DNA of 64,000 nt from the human T2T-CHM13v2.0 reference genome, Homo sapiens: the NCBI RefSeq assembly GCF_009914755.1, contig NC_060934.1. The stretch is one strand, 5' to 3'. The position numbers and the translations under genes were made by a program. The notes under the pieces were generated by a model. That model ran no database searches. It saw only the letters and a list, made by a program, of their open reading frames with translations, and was not told the origin of the DNA. This document shows, piece after piece, positions 16,095-31,085 of this stretch (its first letter is position 1; each line of letters opens with the position of its first letter).

Positions 16095-16310
16095 TAATAA
16101 TAATAGCTAACATTTGTTAAATGTTTACTCTGAACCAGCCACTGTTATAAGCATCTTATGTATTAACTCATTTAATCCACATGCTCCTGCATGAGATTCT
16201 AGTATCTCCACTTAATATACCAAGTAACTGAGCTTCAGAATGGTGAACTGGCCAATGTAACCCAGTTGGTAAATAACTATTCTCTAATCATTAGATTATA
16301 TGCTTACTTC
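16095..16310 (-). mobile_element. MIR
   Basis: aataatagctaacatttgttaaatg...tattaactcatttaatcc. Confidence 0.75.
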
Positions 16311-16637
16311 TCCCTTTGGCCTTCCTGTCCCCTCTCTCCTGCCATACTTGTCTTCCCATGGCCCCTCTTGGGTCATTCAGTTTGCTTTTGTTCACCTCCA
16401 ATCATCCATCAATTAGTGTCTGATGTTCAGATTCTTCTCTGTCTCTTACTTCCCGTTTTCTCCCCTATTCTTATGCTTTTCCCCATTTCTTGGTCTTTCC
16501 TTCACTGTCCCTGTATTGGCTTATTAGTTTTTCCTACTTCTGGTGTCAGCAATAGATCCAGTTATTTTAAAGGACCTTTCCTTTTTCTTAATCCTCATTT
16601 CTAAATTCTTACCAGCTGCATATAAAAACATAGCCCC

Positions 16638-16969
<332 letters not shown>

Positions 16970-19039
16970 TCATAGCTAACACAATCCCTGGTTTTGGAGA
17001 GGTGGCGGATAGTCAATGGGCTGCATATTCCAACGTAAAAATAAGAAATGTCATTGTAGCCATGTAAGTCTCATTAAAGAGGATTATGGAAATGCTGACA
17101 ATAATAAATTTGTAAGACACGTAAGAGTGTATAAAATACTGCCGCATCTTGTGCTAGTAGCCTAATTTCTGGATTACTGTTTTTCTGACATTTTACACAA
17201 GGCTTCATTTTACCTAGTTCAGTATTTAAGATTGAGATTTTTTTCCTAAATGTGTCATTTCTGATTCCATCGAAGGAGTAAGTTTAGAGAAACCTCATGG
17301 CTAATCATGCAACAGTAGCTTGCCGGAATAAAGGCCATGACGTTTTGGAATTTTAGAGGAGTGAGTCTTGAGACCAACTCTAGGATGGTGGTGAGAGGGA
17401 GGAGGGGTGGACAATGGGGCCATTTTCAAAATCATTACACTAGGTTAAGTTAGATTTTTCCTATAAAGCCTCCCTGAGGTGCCCTTGTGTTTTTTTATCT
17501 GGCAACTTTCTTGGATAGAAAATAAACAGAGGACTTTTGGCTCCTGTTCACCACTGTACCTACAGAAAGCAACGTTTTGGAACTTGCAAGCAGCTTATGT
17601 GTGCATGAGTGTGCGTGCAGGAATTTTCTGGAGAGGCATGAGGCACTACTTTAATTCCCATGGATGCTGTTTGTTCCCCAGAACGGAAAATGTTCTATTT
17701 TTGGCCACAAGACATTTCTGAGAAAAAAAAAAGTTAAACAAAGCATGGCGACAAGCTCGTTCGTGTCGTTGTCTGAGTTTCAAGAAGAGTTTGGTGCGTT
17801 TCAGGGAAGAACTTCTTCATGGAGGCAAGGGGTTGGAAGTGATAAGAGAAACTCTTTAACTTGGAATCCTGAGATAGGACTTGGGTTTCTGGGCAGAGGT
17901 TGCACAGGTGGGTGGGTCCTGGCTGTGAAGGCTGCAGCCTGGCCTTTGATTGGGGGTGGCAGGTTGACAGGTGCAGAAAAAAATTCTGTTGCACCTGAAA
18001 AAGGTAAACACTTGAAGATAGGTATTCTCTGCCTGGCTGCTTAGAATGAACTTATCTGGGGCTACAACCTAATATTTCCCCCAAAGCAAGAAAGCCCTGT
18101 TTGCATCCCTGCCTTAGCATTCCTGTTGGCCACAAGCCTTTGTGGGGAAGGACTTCTAGGGGCAGGTTTCCAGCAGCCTCTGATCTCCAGATAACTTGAC
18201 CGGGCCAGTCACATAGTGAATGAAATCATTTTGGGCCCTTCCCCCATCAGACACTTTTCCAGGAAATAGCTTTTTGCTGCCATGACCTCTTTTGCTGCTG
18301 TTTGATATCCTTGATATGAAAAATGTGAATGGAGACGAGCACCCCATTAACCAGCAGCTCTTAGGCAGCATTGCTTGTTGGAGGTATCTTTTCACAGAGG
18401 TGAGCCGGCAGCGCCCTGGGCATTATGGGAGCATCCTGAAGGTACGGGGCCTCGTGCTGCAGCCATTGGAGTGGCTGGCAAGAGTGATCACAGAAACTGT
18501 AAAGCCCTAAGCCCCTGGAAATGGAGCGCCCTGCGGCTCTGATTAAGGCTTGTGGAGAGGGAGCTGTATAATTGGATACCCTGAAGCAAACCTCGAGCAG
18601 AATCCTGTAAGGCAGCTTGGGATTTTCTCTCCCCAATGTGCTGTTGAAACATCCGTGAATTCCAGTTGGTGGTTGTTTTCATCTGCTTCAAGCCTAGCCC
18701 TTGGGTACAGATGCAGCCGTGTTTCTGGGTAATGTTTCATTCTTGGTAGGAAGGGCTGTTTCCTTCTCATGAAGTGATTCGATATCTTTGGAGTTACGAA
18801 ATGAAGTGCTGGTGAGACCTGTTGTTACTTGTTGTTCCTTAGGCAGAGCGTTTCTGAGGAGCCCTGTTCTTGAAAGCAGCACTGAATTGACGCCTTGCGA
18901 GCTTGGGAGTTTTCTTCTTGGTTAACAGTCTTTTGAAACATGTACTTGGGATTCAGGAACTTGCATTGCACGGGTTCAGAAATGTGTCTGTCCCGCATGA
19001 CCTCCGTTACTTGGAAGCAGCTGGGTATCTTGTGCCTTT

Positions 19040-20139
<1,100 letters not shown>

Positions 20140-20149
20140 TAGACTCTTC

Positions 20150-20330
20150 CAAAGTTATTTAAGTAAATTGATCCATGTGATTATCTCAGTAATCCTGTGA
20201 GGGATACAGGGAGCTTAGGATATTGTCCTTCTGTGACAGATAAGCACGAGGGAGGTTCTGGAGGTTATAGAGAGTTCCTAGCAGAGCCAACTTCCTGCAC
20301 ACCCAGCCCAGGCCTCTCTGCTGCTCCATG
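20150..20330 (-). mobile_element. MIR (diverged)
   Basis: ctcagtaatcctgtgagg...gtgacagataagcac...gcagagcca. Confidence 0.5.
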
Positions 20331-20447
20331 GGACCTAACCTGTAGACTTTTGGTTTTGTACTGTCACTGTGGATTATGACTTTTATTTCTAAAAAAAAAT
20401 TGTTAAAAAGGTAAAATCTGATTCAGGGAAATACAAAAGAAACACCC

Positions 20448-20606
20448 TTTTTTTTTTTTTTTTTTTTTGAGCCAGAGCCTCTTTCTCTCACCTGGGCTGG
20501 AGTGCAATGGTGTGATCATGGCTCAATGTAGCCTCGACCTCCTGGGCTCCAGTGATCCTCCCATCTCAGCCTCCCAAGTAGCTAGGACTAAAAGCCTGTG
20601 CCACCA
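20448..20606 (-). mobile_element. AluJ right arm / FRAM-like monomer
   Basis: Poly-T followed by gtgatcatggctcaatgtagcctcgacctcctgggctc; stops at ccacca. Confidence 0.85.
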
Positions 20607-21129
20607 AAGATTTTATTTAATTCATTCATTAATGAGGGAACCAGTAAGATGGCATATCCTGTTCAAAGACTAAGAAGTGAGGATATTTATAGGCAATTTA
20701 ATAAAAAAATTGTTAGGATAAGATTACTGGGTTAGATATAAACTGGTTAATGTCCAACAGGCCACAAATCTTTGAGGTTATATGTTCCAGCAGACAGAAA
20801 TGATCAGTGTCTCTACTGGACAAAAATATACAAGATAATAGATAAATTCACTAAGTCAGAGACCTTAAGTCACTGGCAAGCAATGAAATGAACTAAGTAT
20901 ATTCTCCTGGGAAATTCTCTGGAGGACTTGGAAAGGTGTGCCACTCACCATTTTTGCCTTATTTCCAAGTTTTAGCTAATTTTTATGACCCCGTTACTCA
21001 GAGCAGCGATTCCCTTGGTATAATGCCTTTAAGATGATGTTTATGGAACACCTGGGGATTGAGGTCAAAAACCAATAAGGAATGGATACATTAAAATGCA
21101 ACTCAAACTCCCCCAGAATGAGTTGGGAC

Positions 21130-21440
21130 TCAGTCATTTATCAGACATCTATTGAGTCCTGCTCATGGGTATGCAGAGCCCTGTGCTAGGCTGTGGGAGC
21201 ACAAAGCTTAATACAAAACAGTTCCTGCCCTATGGACCTCATAGTCTAGACAGGGAGGCAGACACGTAAACGGACACATTCCAATTCATCGTGATAAAAG
21301 CCAAGCAGAGATGTGGGGATTGTGTGGGCGCTGGGAAAGAGAGCGGTGCCCTCACCCTGAGAGATCCAGGGGCACTTCACAGAGAAGTTTTGGTTTGAGG
21401 GATGGGCAAAGGGTTGCCAAGTTGAGAAGGGGTGTCACAG
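21130..21440 (-). mobile_element. L2 fragment
   Basis: cattta...ctattgagtcc...ctgtgctagg...cctgccctatggacctcatagtctag. Confidence 0.65.
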
Positions 21441-22439
21441 GGAGGGCCATTTACGTGGGATGTCAATGACCACCCTGATAAATAGCATGGATGTGAGTAA
21501 AGAGATTTACATTTTTGGTATGGCAGATTTTAAAATTTATCCTCAATTCTCACAGCTAGTCTTAGAACGCTGAGGTTCTGGGGGGTGGGGAGGGAATGGG
21601 AGTGGAACAGGGAAGGAGAAGTTGGAGTCTCTTGGGCAAGCTTGCAAAATTTTCTTCAAATATTAGGTCAAATTCTCTATAAAAACCCTATTTAAAAGTT
21701 TTTGAAAGACTTTGAAGTCCCAAAGAAGCAGGAAGTTAATTAGAGTGGCTTTGATATCTTAGGGTATGTTTTAACAGCTGCTTAAGACAGTTTAAACAAT
21801 AAGAACTTATGTGGTTTGGGATGCGTCTGTGATAGTCAGCCCCGGCCAGAGTGTAATATCATTGCATCTGAGAGTTAACAGCAGTTGGCTTTAATTTTAG
21901 AAAGAGTTCAAGCCAAAAAGTTCTCTAAAACCCAAGAGAGGAACTTCTAAAGAGGAAGATTGCTCTTGAAGAATGTGTTTGGGGGTCAAAGATGAATTGA
22001 GTAGGGAACAAATGATCTTAACTTTGTCCTCGCAGGAGCACAGAACATGCCCTTTTCTGAGCAATTCTCTTAAGTTGTGTTTAACCAGGGACATTTGTTG
22101 GCAGCCGCCATTTGCAAAGGGGTCCAAATGAGGTGAATTAACATCTGTAAGGAACACTTGAATAACACAAAGGGTGTCCAACCAATTTACATTTCCTGGG
22201 AATTGTCATTGTGCTTGAAGTAGTTTGTTTCCTTCCTCAATACCCTCAGCCTTCTTCAATATTTAAGACGTTTTTGACATACTGTTTCTTAGCCTCTTCC
22301 CCTGGTTGGATCTCCTCTATGCTGGAGAAGAACATGTTGAGAAATACTATGATGAACAGTAAGGATCTGCCTGGGGAACGGGATTTCAAGAGACGATGGG
22401 AAGGCTTGCTCTGGTGGCCCTATGTTGCTGCTGCTGCTA

Positions 22440-22650
22440 GGGTGCTGATGACGGCCATGATGATTGTGGTGGTGGTGGGTAGTTGATAGTGATGATAATG
22501 ATGATAATGATGTTAGCTAACATTTGAGGCTAATATTTATATGATAGGCACTGTGCTGAGCATTTTATACTCATTCTCATGTGGTAGGTATATTTCCTCC
22601 ATTTTACAGATGTGGAAACTGAGGTTCAGAGAGTGCCAGTGACTTGTCCA
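22440..22650 (-). mobile_element. MIR with (GAT/GGT)-expanded tail
   Basis: ccattttacagatgtggaaactgaggttcagagag. Confidence 0.75.
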
Positions 22651-22779
22651 TGCGTCCTTCCATCCATCTTATATTTGGCTTCCATTGAGTTTCCTACTTC
22701 TCCACAATTTACACAGTAGTATATTGCATCGTCTACCTTCATATGCAAAAATAGACTAAAAACATAAAAGTGGTTTGTA

Positions 22780-23035
22780 ATAATACCACATGTTCTCACT
22801 TATACATAGGAACTGAACAGTGGATACTCATGAACATAAAGATGGCAGCAATAGGCACTGGGGACTGCTAGAGGAAGGAGGGCAGGGATTGAAACCTGTT
22901 GGGCACTATGCTCACTAACGGGGTGACAGGATCATTCATACCCCAACCTCAGCATCATGCAATGTACCCATGTAACAAACCTGTACATGTACCTTCTGAG
23001 TGAATCTAAAGTAAAAGTGGAAATTATGTTTTTAT
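22780..23035 (+). mobile_element. 5'-truncated old primate L1 (L1PA15-17/L1PB-like) 3' end
   Basis: accacatgttctcactta...cccaacctcagcatcatgcaatgtacccatgtaacaaacctgtacatgtacc; TSD ataaaagtgg on both sides. Confidence 0.85.
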
Positions 23036-23656
23036 AAAAGTGGATGTAGAGAGGTACTTTTGGTAATGGGCCAACGACTGGCTGACAGATGACTATATTA
23101 TTCCATTCAAGAGAGACAAATCTATTTTCCAAAAATACTTCCTTGGGAATGTCATGCCAGTCTTCCAAGGATTTCCCATTTTCCACAAAATAAACATGAA
23201 ATTCTTCTGCCTGGACCATGCGTCCTGGCCACTCTGGTGGGATATGAGTCTGGGGCCTAATTGAGTCCTTGCTTGCTGCTGCAGTTGGAGAGTGTCTTGT
23301 GAAGGTTACTGTTTGTTTCTTTAAAAAGTGCCATCAGCACATCTTTTCTGAAGAAAAGCTTGGGTTTATTAATAAAATGAAATGAAAACTACACAAGACC
23401 ACATTTTGGCAGCACACACACTCACGCTGAATGGACTGAGAAAAGATTGGCATGGGTCCTTCCTCAAAGGTAATGTGACTGTTTTTAAAAGTCTATCTTT
23501 GGTAGTAGCCATGTGAAGAACTTTAAAGTAGTTAGCTTTGTGAGTAGGGTGCATTTGTAAATGGGGAAATTCATAAAATGTCCATGCATAGACAATTCAC
23601 TCCCACAATTAGTGAAGTTTTCTTGATAAAGTGTTGACCTCAAACTACTTCTCTAC

Positions 23657-23797
23657 TTTTTTTTTTTTTTTTTTGCAATTCCTTCCTTCTTCCTTTCTTT
23701 TCTTTTCCTTTCCTTTCCTTTTTTTTCTTTCCCTTTCCCTTTCTCTTCCCCTTTCCTTTTCCTTTCTCTGTTCTTTTCTCTTTTTTTTCCCTCCTCT
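23657..23797 (+). repeat. Poly-T plus (CTTT/CCTTT)-type polypyrimidine tract
   Basis: ~140 nt almost entirely C/T. Confidence 0.95.
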
Positions 23798-24786
23798 ATA
23801 GACATTATAAGGTGAGTGAATGGGCTGCTCAAGTTCAGTGAGGGAAAGGGTATAAAAGATGCATAAGGAAAGTTTATATAGAAAACATAAAGGGAGTCAT
23901 CCTTCTTAAAGGAGTAACATTTCCCATATAAAGGAGAGGGCTATGACTAGGTGTTCTCCAGCTCAATGTCTGCCATAAACCAGGGGCATGAGGTACAAAA
24001 ATAAGGGAGGCTCTTAATTTGGCAACTTCTCTTTTGTCCTGTGCTTACTGGAGTTTTTGCCTATTTCTCAGGAAGCCTTCAGTGTTCATTGTGTGGGGGA
24101 TGTTCTTTGAGGTCCCTGTCTCCTCTGATTTTACATAGTGTGGTAGGTTCTGATTCTTTCTTTGTCTGATTTACTGGGATAGGCTTTTCTCCTGACCTGT
24201 GACGCACAAATTTGGGTGGAAAATTTTGTCTAAAGTCTACACGTTACTCTGGAAAACAGAGCTTGGTTCTTCTTTCCTTTTGGCTTTAAATTTGGCTTTA
24301 TCTTGCTTTTATTGGTCCTTGAAGTTCTAATAACCTATAGGTAGAAGATATTCATAGTATGACATCACTTCATCAAAAGCAGCCTGAATTCCATGCACTG
24401 TAGTAAGCCCTCTGTAATTCATAACCTATCCTATGTTTCTTGCTTGAGGGATTACATCAGCAATGACATGTTAGGAATCAGCTAGTGGGATGACTTGGGT
24501 AGGGACTGCTGCTGTTGCTTCAGAAAGCTAAAAGGAATGGGCTCTTGAGTGTGCAAATGGATGCATTTCATTACTACCATTTTATTTAAGAATTCTGGTG
24601 TTTCCAGATTTTCAACAGGTATTAATCTTTGAGGATGAGAAATCAAAACTCCCAGGAATTCTTAGGAATTCCTCAAATCCTAAGTTATTCTTAAAATATT
24701 TCAACATTCTTTGTGTTCATTTCTTATTATGATGGACATCTAAGAAAAATGTATTTAATAAGTTGGAAACATTAATTTTAGTAGTA

Positions 24787-25008
24787 CATGTTGAGTATCC
24801 CTTATTTGAAATGCTTGGGACCAGAAGTGTTTTTTCAGATTTTGGAATATTTGCATTATACTTACTGGTTGAGCACCTCAAATCCAAAAATCTGAAAGCC
24901 AAAATGCTCCAGTGAGCATTTTCTTTGAGTGTCATGTAGGCTCTTAAGTAGTTTCAGATTTTGGAGCATTTCAGAGTTTGGATTTTTGGATTTGGGATGC
25001 TCATCCTG
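24787..25008. mobile_element. Tigger4a (MER46A/Zombi) MITE
   Basis: TIRs catgttgagtatccc / gggatgctcatcctg, TA-flanked. Confidence 0.88.
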
Positions 25009-25788
25009 TAGTTACAAAGAACTTTAGCCTATAGTAAATATTCAAATGCTTGAAAATGCCAGCAAACATTATTGGGTAGCATTTGAAATTGAAATCACCA
25101 GTTTAAGGGCTTATTTTGTTGCCAAAAATTTTTATTCTTTGGAACACAACTTATAGGATTTTTATAAAGTATATATGCATATAAATTTATTAATATCACA
25201 TTTTTTCCCCAAAATGACTCACCATTGTCAACAAACACAATCACAAACACATCCTTACAACATGGCCACAGCTGCAGGCAAGGTTGGTTAGGTTAGGGTG
25301 GCTTTCCTCCTATGTGTGCTGTACCAGTTCCTGGAAATGTCAACCTTAACCTTCAGCTGCAGGCTTTCATTTTGCTACGATGTTAGTGGAGTTCTTCAAA
25401 CACGTGTCTTTGTATTGATTGTGAAGCTTTAATTCTTGCAGTAGAATTATAATACTTTTTCCTATTTTCCTGATTTCTTAATTAGCTTTTCTTGGGATTT
25501 TCGATTCTGAAAAACATATATTTCCAGATACATATTGGGAAATAATTCTCTCATGGAAACATTAAAATATTTAAGTTAGTTTCTATATTCCATCCATTTC
25601 AATATTACATGTCCGGTCTTGGATAGGATCACTCTTTCTGGGAGTAACTCAGGACACCACTGTTCAAAATGAGAGGACTCACTAAAGAAAGTTTCCACTA
25701 GCTGATCATGGACATCTACCACCACCATTATTCGATAGTGTTTGCAAGGTCTTCCTCCAGCAAAGAGCTACTTTAAAAATGTAAAAGT

Positions 25789-26214
<426 letters not shown>

Positions 26215-26249
26215 TTACCTCATTTTATTATGGAGAACAGAATAACAGT

Positions 26250-26400
26250 AAGAGTATCAGATCACCTGAATTAAATTCCTGACACTAGTTGTGAGACACC
26301 GAGCAAGTGGCTTAACTTCTCTAGACCTCAGTTTTCTTGTCTGTATGGCCCTCATAGAGTGGGTGTGGGGATTAAGGCACGTGATAACTATGCACTAAGA
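26250..26400 (+). mobile_element. MIR
   Basis: gagcaagtggcttaacttctctagacctcagttttcttgtctgta. Confidence 0.7.
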
Positions 26401-27049
26401 AGAACCTGCTGTTTTCTTCTAGAAAATAACACATGGGATTACCGAGAGTGCATCTGACCAGCACTTGTTTTCATTATTCAGAGCTCTAAATGTTACTGGT
26501 GGTACTCACAGCTACATGGCATGCAGAGTCTGGCCATCTGACCTGGCACCATACATTCCTAAAAGGGTGTTGCCATGTTCAGGCTGAAGCCCTCAAACCA
26601 AATACAAACAATGGTGCCAGGAAAGGACCTTATGTTTGGTGACTTCTCGTCTTGACACATCACAGGACTGCTAGAGGCAGCTTTGGACTTAAGCGTTGTC
26701 CGGAACACATAGACGGAACAGACTGAATCGATGAATGGTGAGGCAGCCTTGAGACCAGCTGCAGGGCAGTGTGACCTCCCCTATGCCAGGGCAGCCTTTG
26801 AGGTGTTCTGCCCTTGTTCCTCTCCACATTTCCAGCTGTAAGTGCAGGTTTTGTAAAAGAAAGAGTCGAGAAGAGTTTGTCTTCAGAATCTATCTCAAAG
26901 AGATGGAGGACCTTTCAGTTACAGTCACATAATCTGAAGTCAGAGTCCCTTGGCTGGTTTGGTTCTCGGGTAGCCAGTAAAGAGTTTGCACTGGTTTATT
27001 GTAGGAAGGTTTAAATTAAGAGTACAAGTGCAAACTTTATTACACGTAG

Positions 27050-27455
27050 ATTTAAAACTACTTTCTTCTCCTAATGGCTGTGTGATTTCGGATGAGTTCG
27101 TTATTATCTCTCAGGTTCTGTCTCCTTGGTTAAAAAAATGGGAATAACAATAGTACCAATCTCACAAAGTTATCTTGAGAGTTAAATAGAATCATATATG
27201 TAAAAAGCTCTCAATAGATTAGAGTTTCAGTTTTAGAAGGTATAAAGAGTTATGAAGAAGGGTGGTGGTGATGGTTATATAACATTATGAATATACTTAA
27301 CACCATTCAACTGTTCACTTAAAAATGGCTAAAATGGTAAATTTTATGTTGTATGTATTTTACCACAATAACAAACTTGGAAGGAAAAAAGCTTTCAACA
27401 GAGATCCTAGAACACAGTGAACACTCAAAAAATATTAAGTATTTTTATTATTACA
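27050..27455 (+). mobile_element. MIR split by an L1 3' end
   Basis: MIR pieces on both sides (aaaatgggaataacaatagtacc; cctagaacacagtgaacactcaaaa). Confidence 0.7.
27218..27390 (+). mobile_element. L1MB-type 3' terminus
   Basis: agagtttcagtttt...ggtgatggtt...cacttaaaaatggctaaaatggtaaattttatgtt; TSD-like aaaagctctcaataga/aaaagctttcaacaga. Confidence 0.8.
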
Positions 27456-28409
27456 GTTGAGTCAAGGAGGTGTACCAATACTCCTCAGCATGCTTTAATG
27501 CGGCATCCTTTGGAACATCAAAAGTGATTTTCTCATAAAAATCTGGTAAAGAAGGGAATTAGGTGAGTTTAGTCATCCCTGGGGACTGAATTGTCTATCA
27601 TCCATGCCTATATTTGCACAACCTGTTGTTCTTGGATGTGAACAGCATGGGGGTGGGTGGGTGAAAAGAAGGGAGAGATTGCTATGGGAGAGGGAGAGAC
27701 CCCCTGTGTTAAGTGATTAGATATGGAAGAGGTAGGTCACAAGACTCCTGCCAACACCACTAGAGGTTGACGGCTGGGAAATCTTTAGCCTTTTCCTGTC
27801 AGTTGTTTAACTTATTCCAACCCATTTAACTTATTTGAATCCTGGCCTTGTTAAATCACAAGATTATTTTTAGAGGCTCTTGAGTAGTCTTTATGAATAA
27901 GGCTTTTAAATAGCACCCCAATCCACCACTCGTCATGCCTTGATGGCAGGAACAGTCTTTGCAAAGACCAGGTTTATCTAGTCTTTGCAAGGACCAGTGA
28001 TAAGACTTCAGAAGATGCAAATATCACATTTCAGTGGGACCAGGCAGAAAATTATTCTTCAGTGTTGCTCTGATCAAAGACTGGCAAAGATGGATATTTA
28101 GGAAACAGCTCTGATTTTCTGATCCATCCTTATATTTCTGATTCATTAGTTATTAAAATGAAATTAAAAAGTATGAAGCCAGAAGCTTCCAGGGCCTCTT
28201 TCTCAGGCTACACCATGCACACTGCTGGGCTACTCCCACCCCACTTATAAAGCATGCACCATCAGCAGTCTCTGACTATACACAGTGCTCAGAATGTCTT
28301 CTCAGACCATATCCCTATTCCCCAAATGGAGGGATGGATTCCCAGCACCTATGCATACTGTGTGACTTCCCCCCTTCCTGGAATGATTTCTGATTCAGTG
28401 CTTGTATGA

Positions 28410-28735
28410 TAATAGTCAACAACATAGTAATAAAGTAGCTGTTTTCAGTGCCTTGTATGTGTTAGGCACTTACATCACTAGATATAATATAATGATATAA
28501 TATATCACTAGATATAATATAATGATATAATATATCACTAGATTTAATATAGTGGTATACTATATCACTAGATATATTGTATTATTTCATTTAATCCTCA
28601 AAACTGGTTAAGTATCTCTAGCTTACAGATGAGGATATTGAGTTTTGGAGAAGACCAGTGATTTGCAATGAATGGAATTGGAATTTAAACCTAGATCTGT
28701 TTGACTCAAGGCCTTAGTCTTTAACTGCTCAACAG
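28410..28735 (-). mobile_element. MIR containing an internal 30-bp tandem repeat
   Basis: tcatttaatcctca...ttacagatgaggatattgag...ggaatttaaacctagatctgtttgactc. Confidence 0.7.
28471..28576. repeat. 30-bp AT-rich tandem repeat, ~3.5 copies
   Basis: Unit tatatcactagatataatataatgatataa at 28471, 28501, 28531 and 28561 (partial). Confidence 0.95.
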
Positions 28736-28984
28736 TGGGTAAGTGGACCTGGGCATAGCAGCAATCCCTCATTTTGGAGGATTGGAGCTACATATCAATG
28801 TATATGGCTTAGGAGTGTCTCTTCTTGACACCAGCCACGCCCTGCCATTTGACTCGGAGTACACGTCTCTCTCGGCTTTCTTCCTAAGACAGATGTTATC
28901 TCCATATTTTTGCCCCCAGGTGTGGACTACTGGCAGCTCTTGCCTTGAGCTTATGATATACACTTGTTGGCTGACATTTTAGTC

Positions 28985-29205
28985 TTGTGGTAATTAGCTA
29001 AGAACTTGACCCTGGAGTCAGATTCAAACTACAGCCCTTCTACTTGCTAGATCTGTGGCCCTGCAAAAGTTGTTTAATCTCTCTCAGTTTTCACATCTGT
29101 AAAATGGGAATAGTAGCAGCATGCAATTCGTGGGACTATTACGAAGACATGAGGTAAAGGCTTAGAATGGCAAATGGTTCATGGTAGCTGCTTAATACAA
29201 TTATT
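28985..29205 (+). mobile_element. MIR
   Basis: ctggagtcagattcaaa...ctcagttttcacatctgtaaaatgggaatagtag. Confidence 0.8.
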
Positions 29206-29310
29206 CAAACTTGGGAGAGTTCACTGAATGTTACCTATAGCTAAAAACATGCTAAGAATTTGCATACTGTCCACTACAATCTTTAATTCCTTGACTTTGG
29301 TGTGATTCTT

Positions 29311-30310
<1,000 letters not shown>

Positions 30311-30499
30311 CTTTTGCTGTTGTAAATCCTGAGTTAATGTACCCCTTCCCTGGGAGTTTTCATTTTAGAGGATGCTTCTTATTCTATATTTTCAGAAGGA
30401 TCAGTTAGACAATTAGTTGCACAGGCTCCTAATGTTCAGTAGGGAAGCTACCTAAGGAGTTGGAGTCAGTTCTAAGCAGTCAACTTAAAAGGCAGTGGA

Positions 30500-30920
30500 G
30501 ATACAGCATTTAGTGTCTCTGTGTCTCAGTTTTCTAATCTGTAAAGTCAATGCTCGCTCCATTGGATCCATGTGAGAACTAAATAAGACAAAGCTTTTAT
30601 AATAGTATCTCCTGTAGAGCAAACCCTCAAAATAGTTGAGTTACAGTTAGTATTATGCTTTTTACTGTTATTCATTTTATAGCATAGCCTCATGAATCTG
30701 ATTACCTAGGTTCAAACCCAAGCTCTGGGTGAAATGGAAAAAAGTTACCTAATGTCATTAAGCCTCAGTTTCTCATCTGTAAAATGGGGAAATAATAGAC
30801 AATAATAAAAAAAAAAAGGGCCTATTGCATAGGCTTGTGTGTAGACGGGATGAAGGAATGCATACCAAACATGTAGCTCAGATCCTGGCTCACAGTAAGA
30901 AGTCGGGAAATGTAAGCTAC
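30500..30920 (+). mobile_element. Two tandem MIR copies
   Basis: gtctcagttttctaatctgtaaa (~30520); gcctcagtttctcatctgtaaaatgggga (~30762). Confidence 0.75.
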
Positions 30921-30929
30921 GGCTCTATT

Positions 30930-31085
30930 CCTTGTTGTGTGCTAGGCACTTTTGTGTATGAGATACAATTTCATTTCCCCTGCATCCAATAGAGTGGGTT
31001 ATATGATCCCCATTTTATAGATGAGGAGATTGAAGCATGGGGAGGTTAAGCAATTTGTTCAAGGTCCGCAGCCATAGATGATCTG
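30930..31085 (-). mobile_element. MIR
   Basis: ccccattttatagatgaggagattgaagcatggggaggttaagcaatttgttcaagg. Confidence 0.75.
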
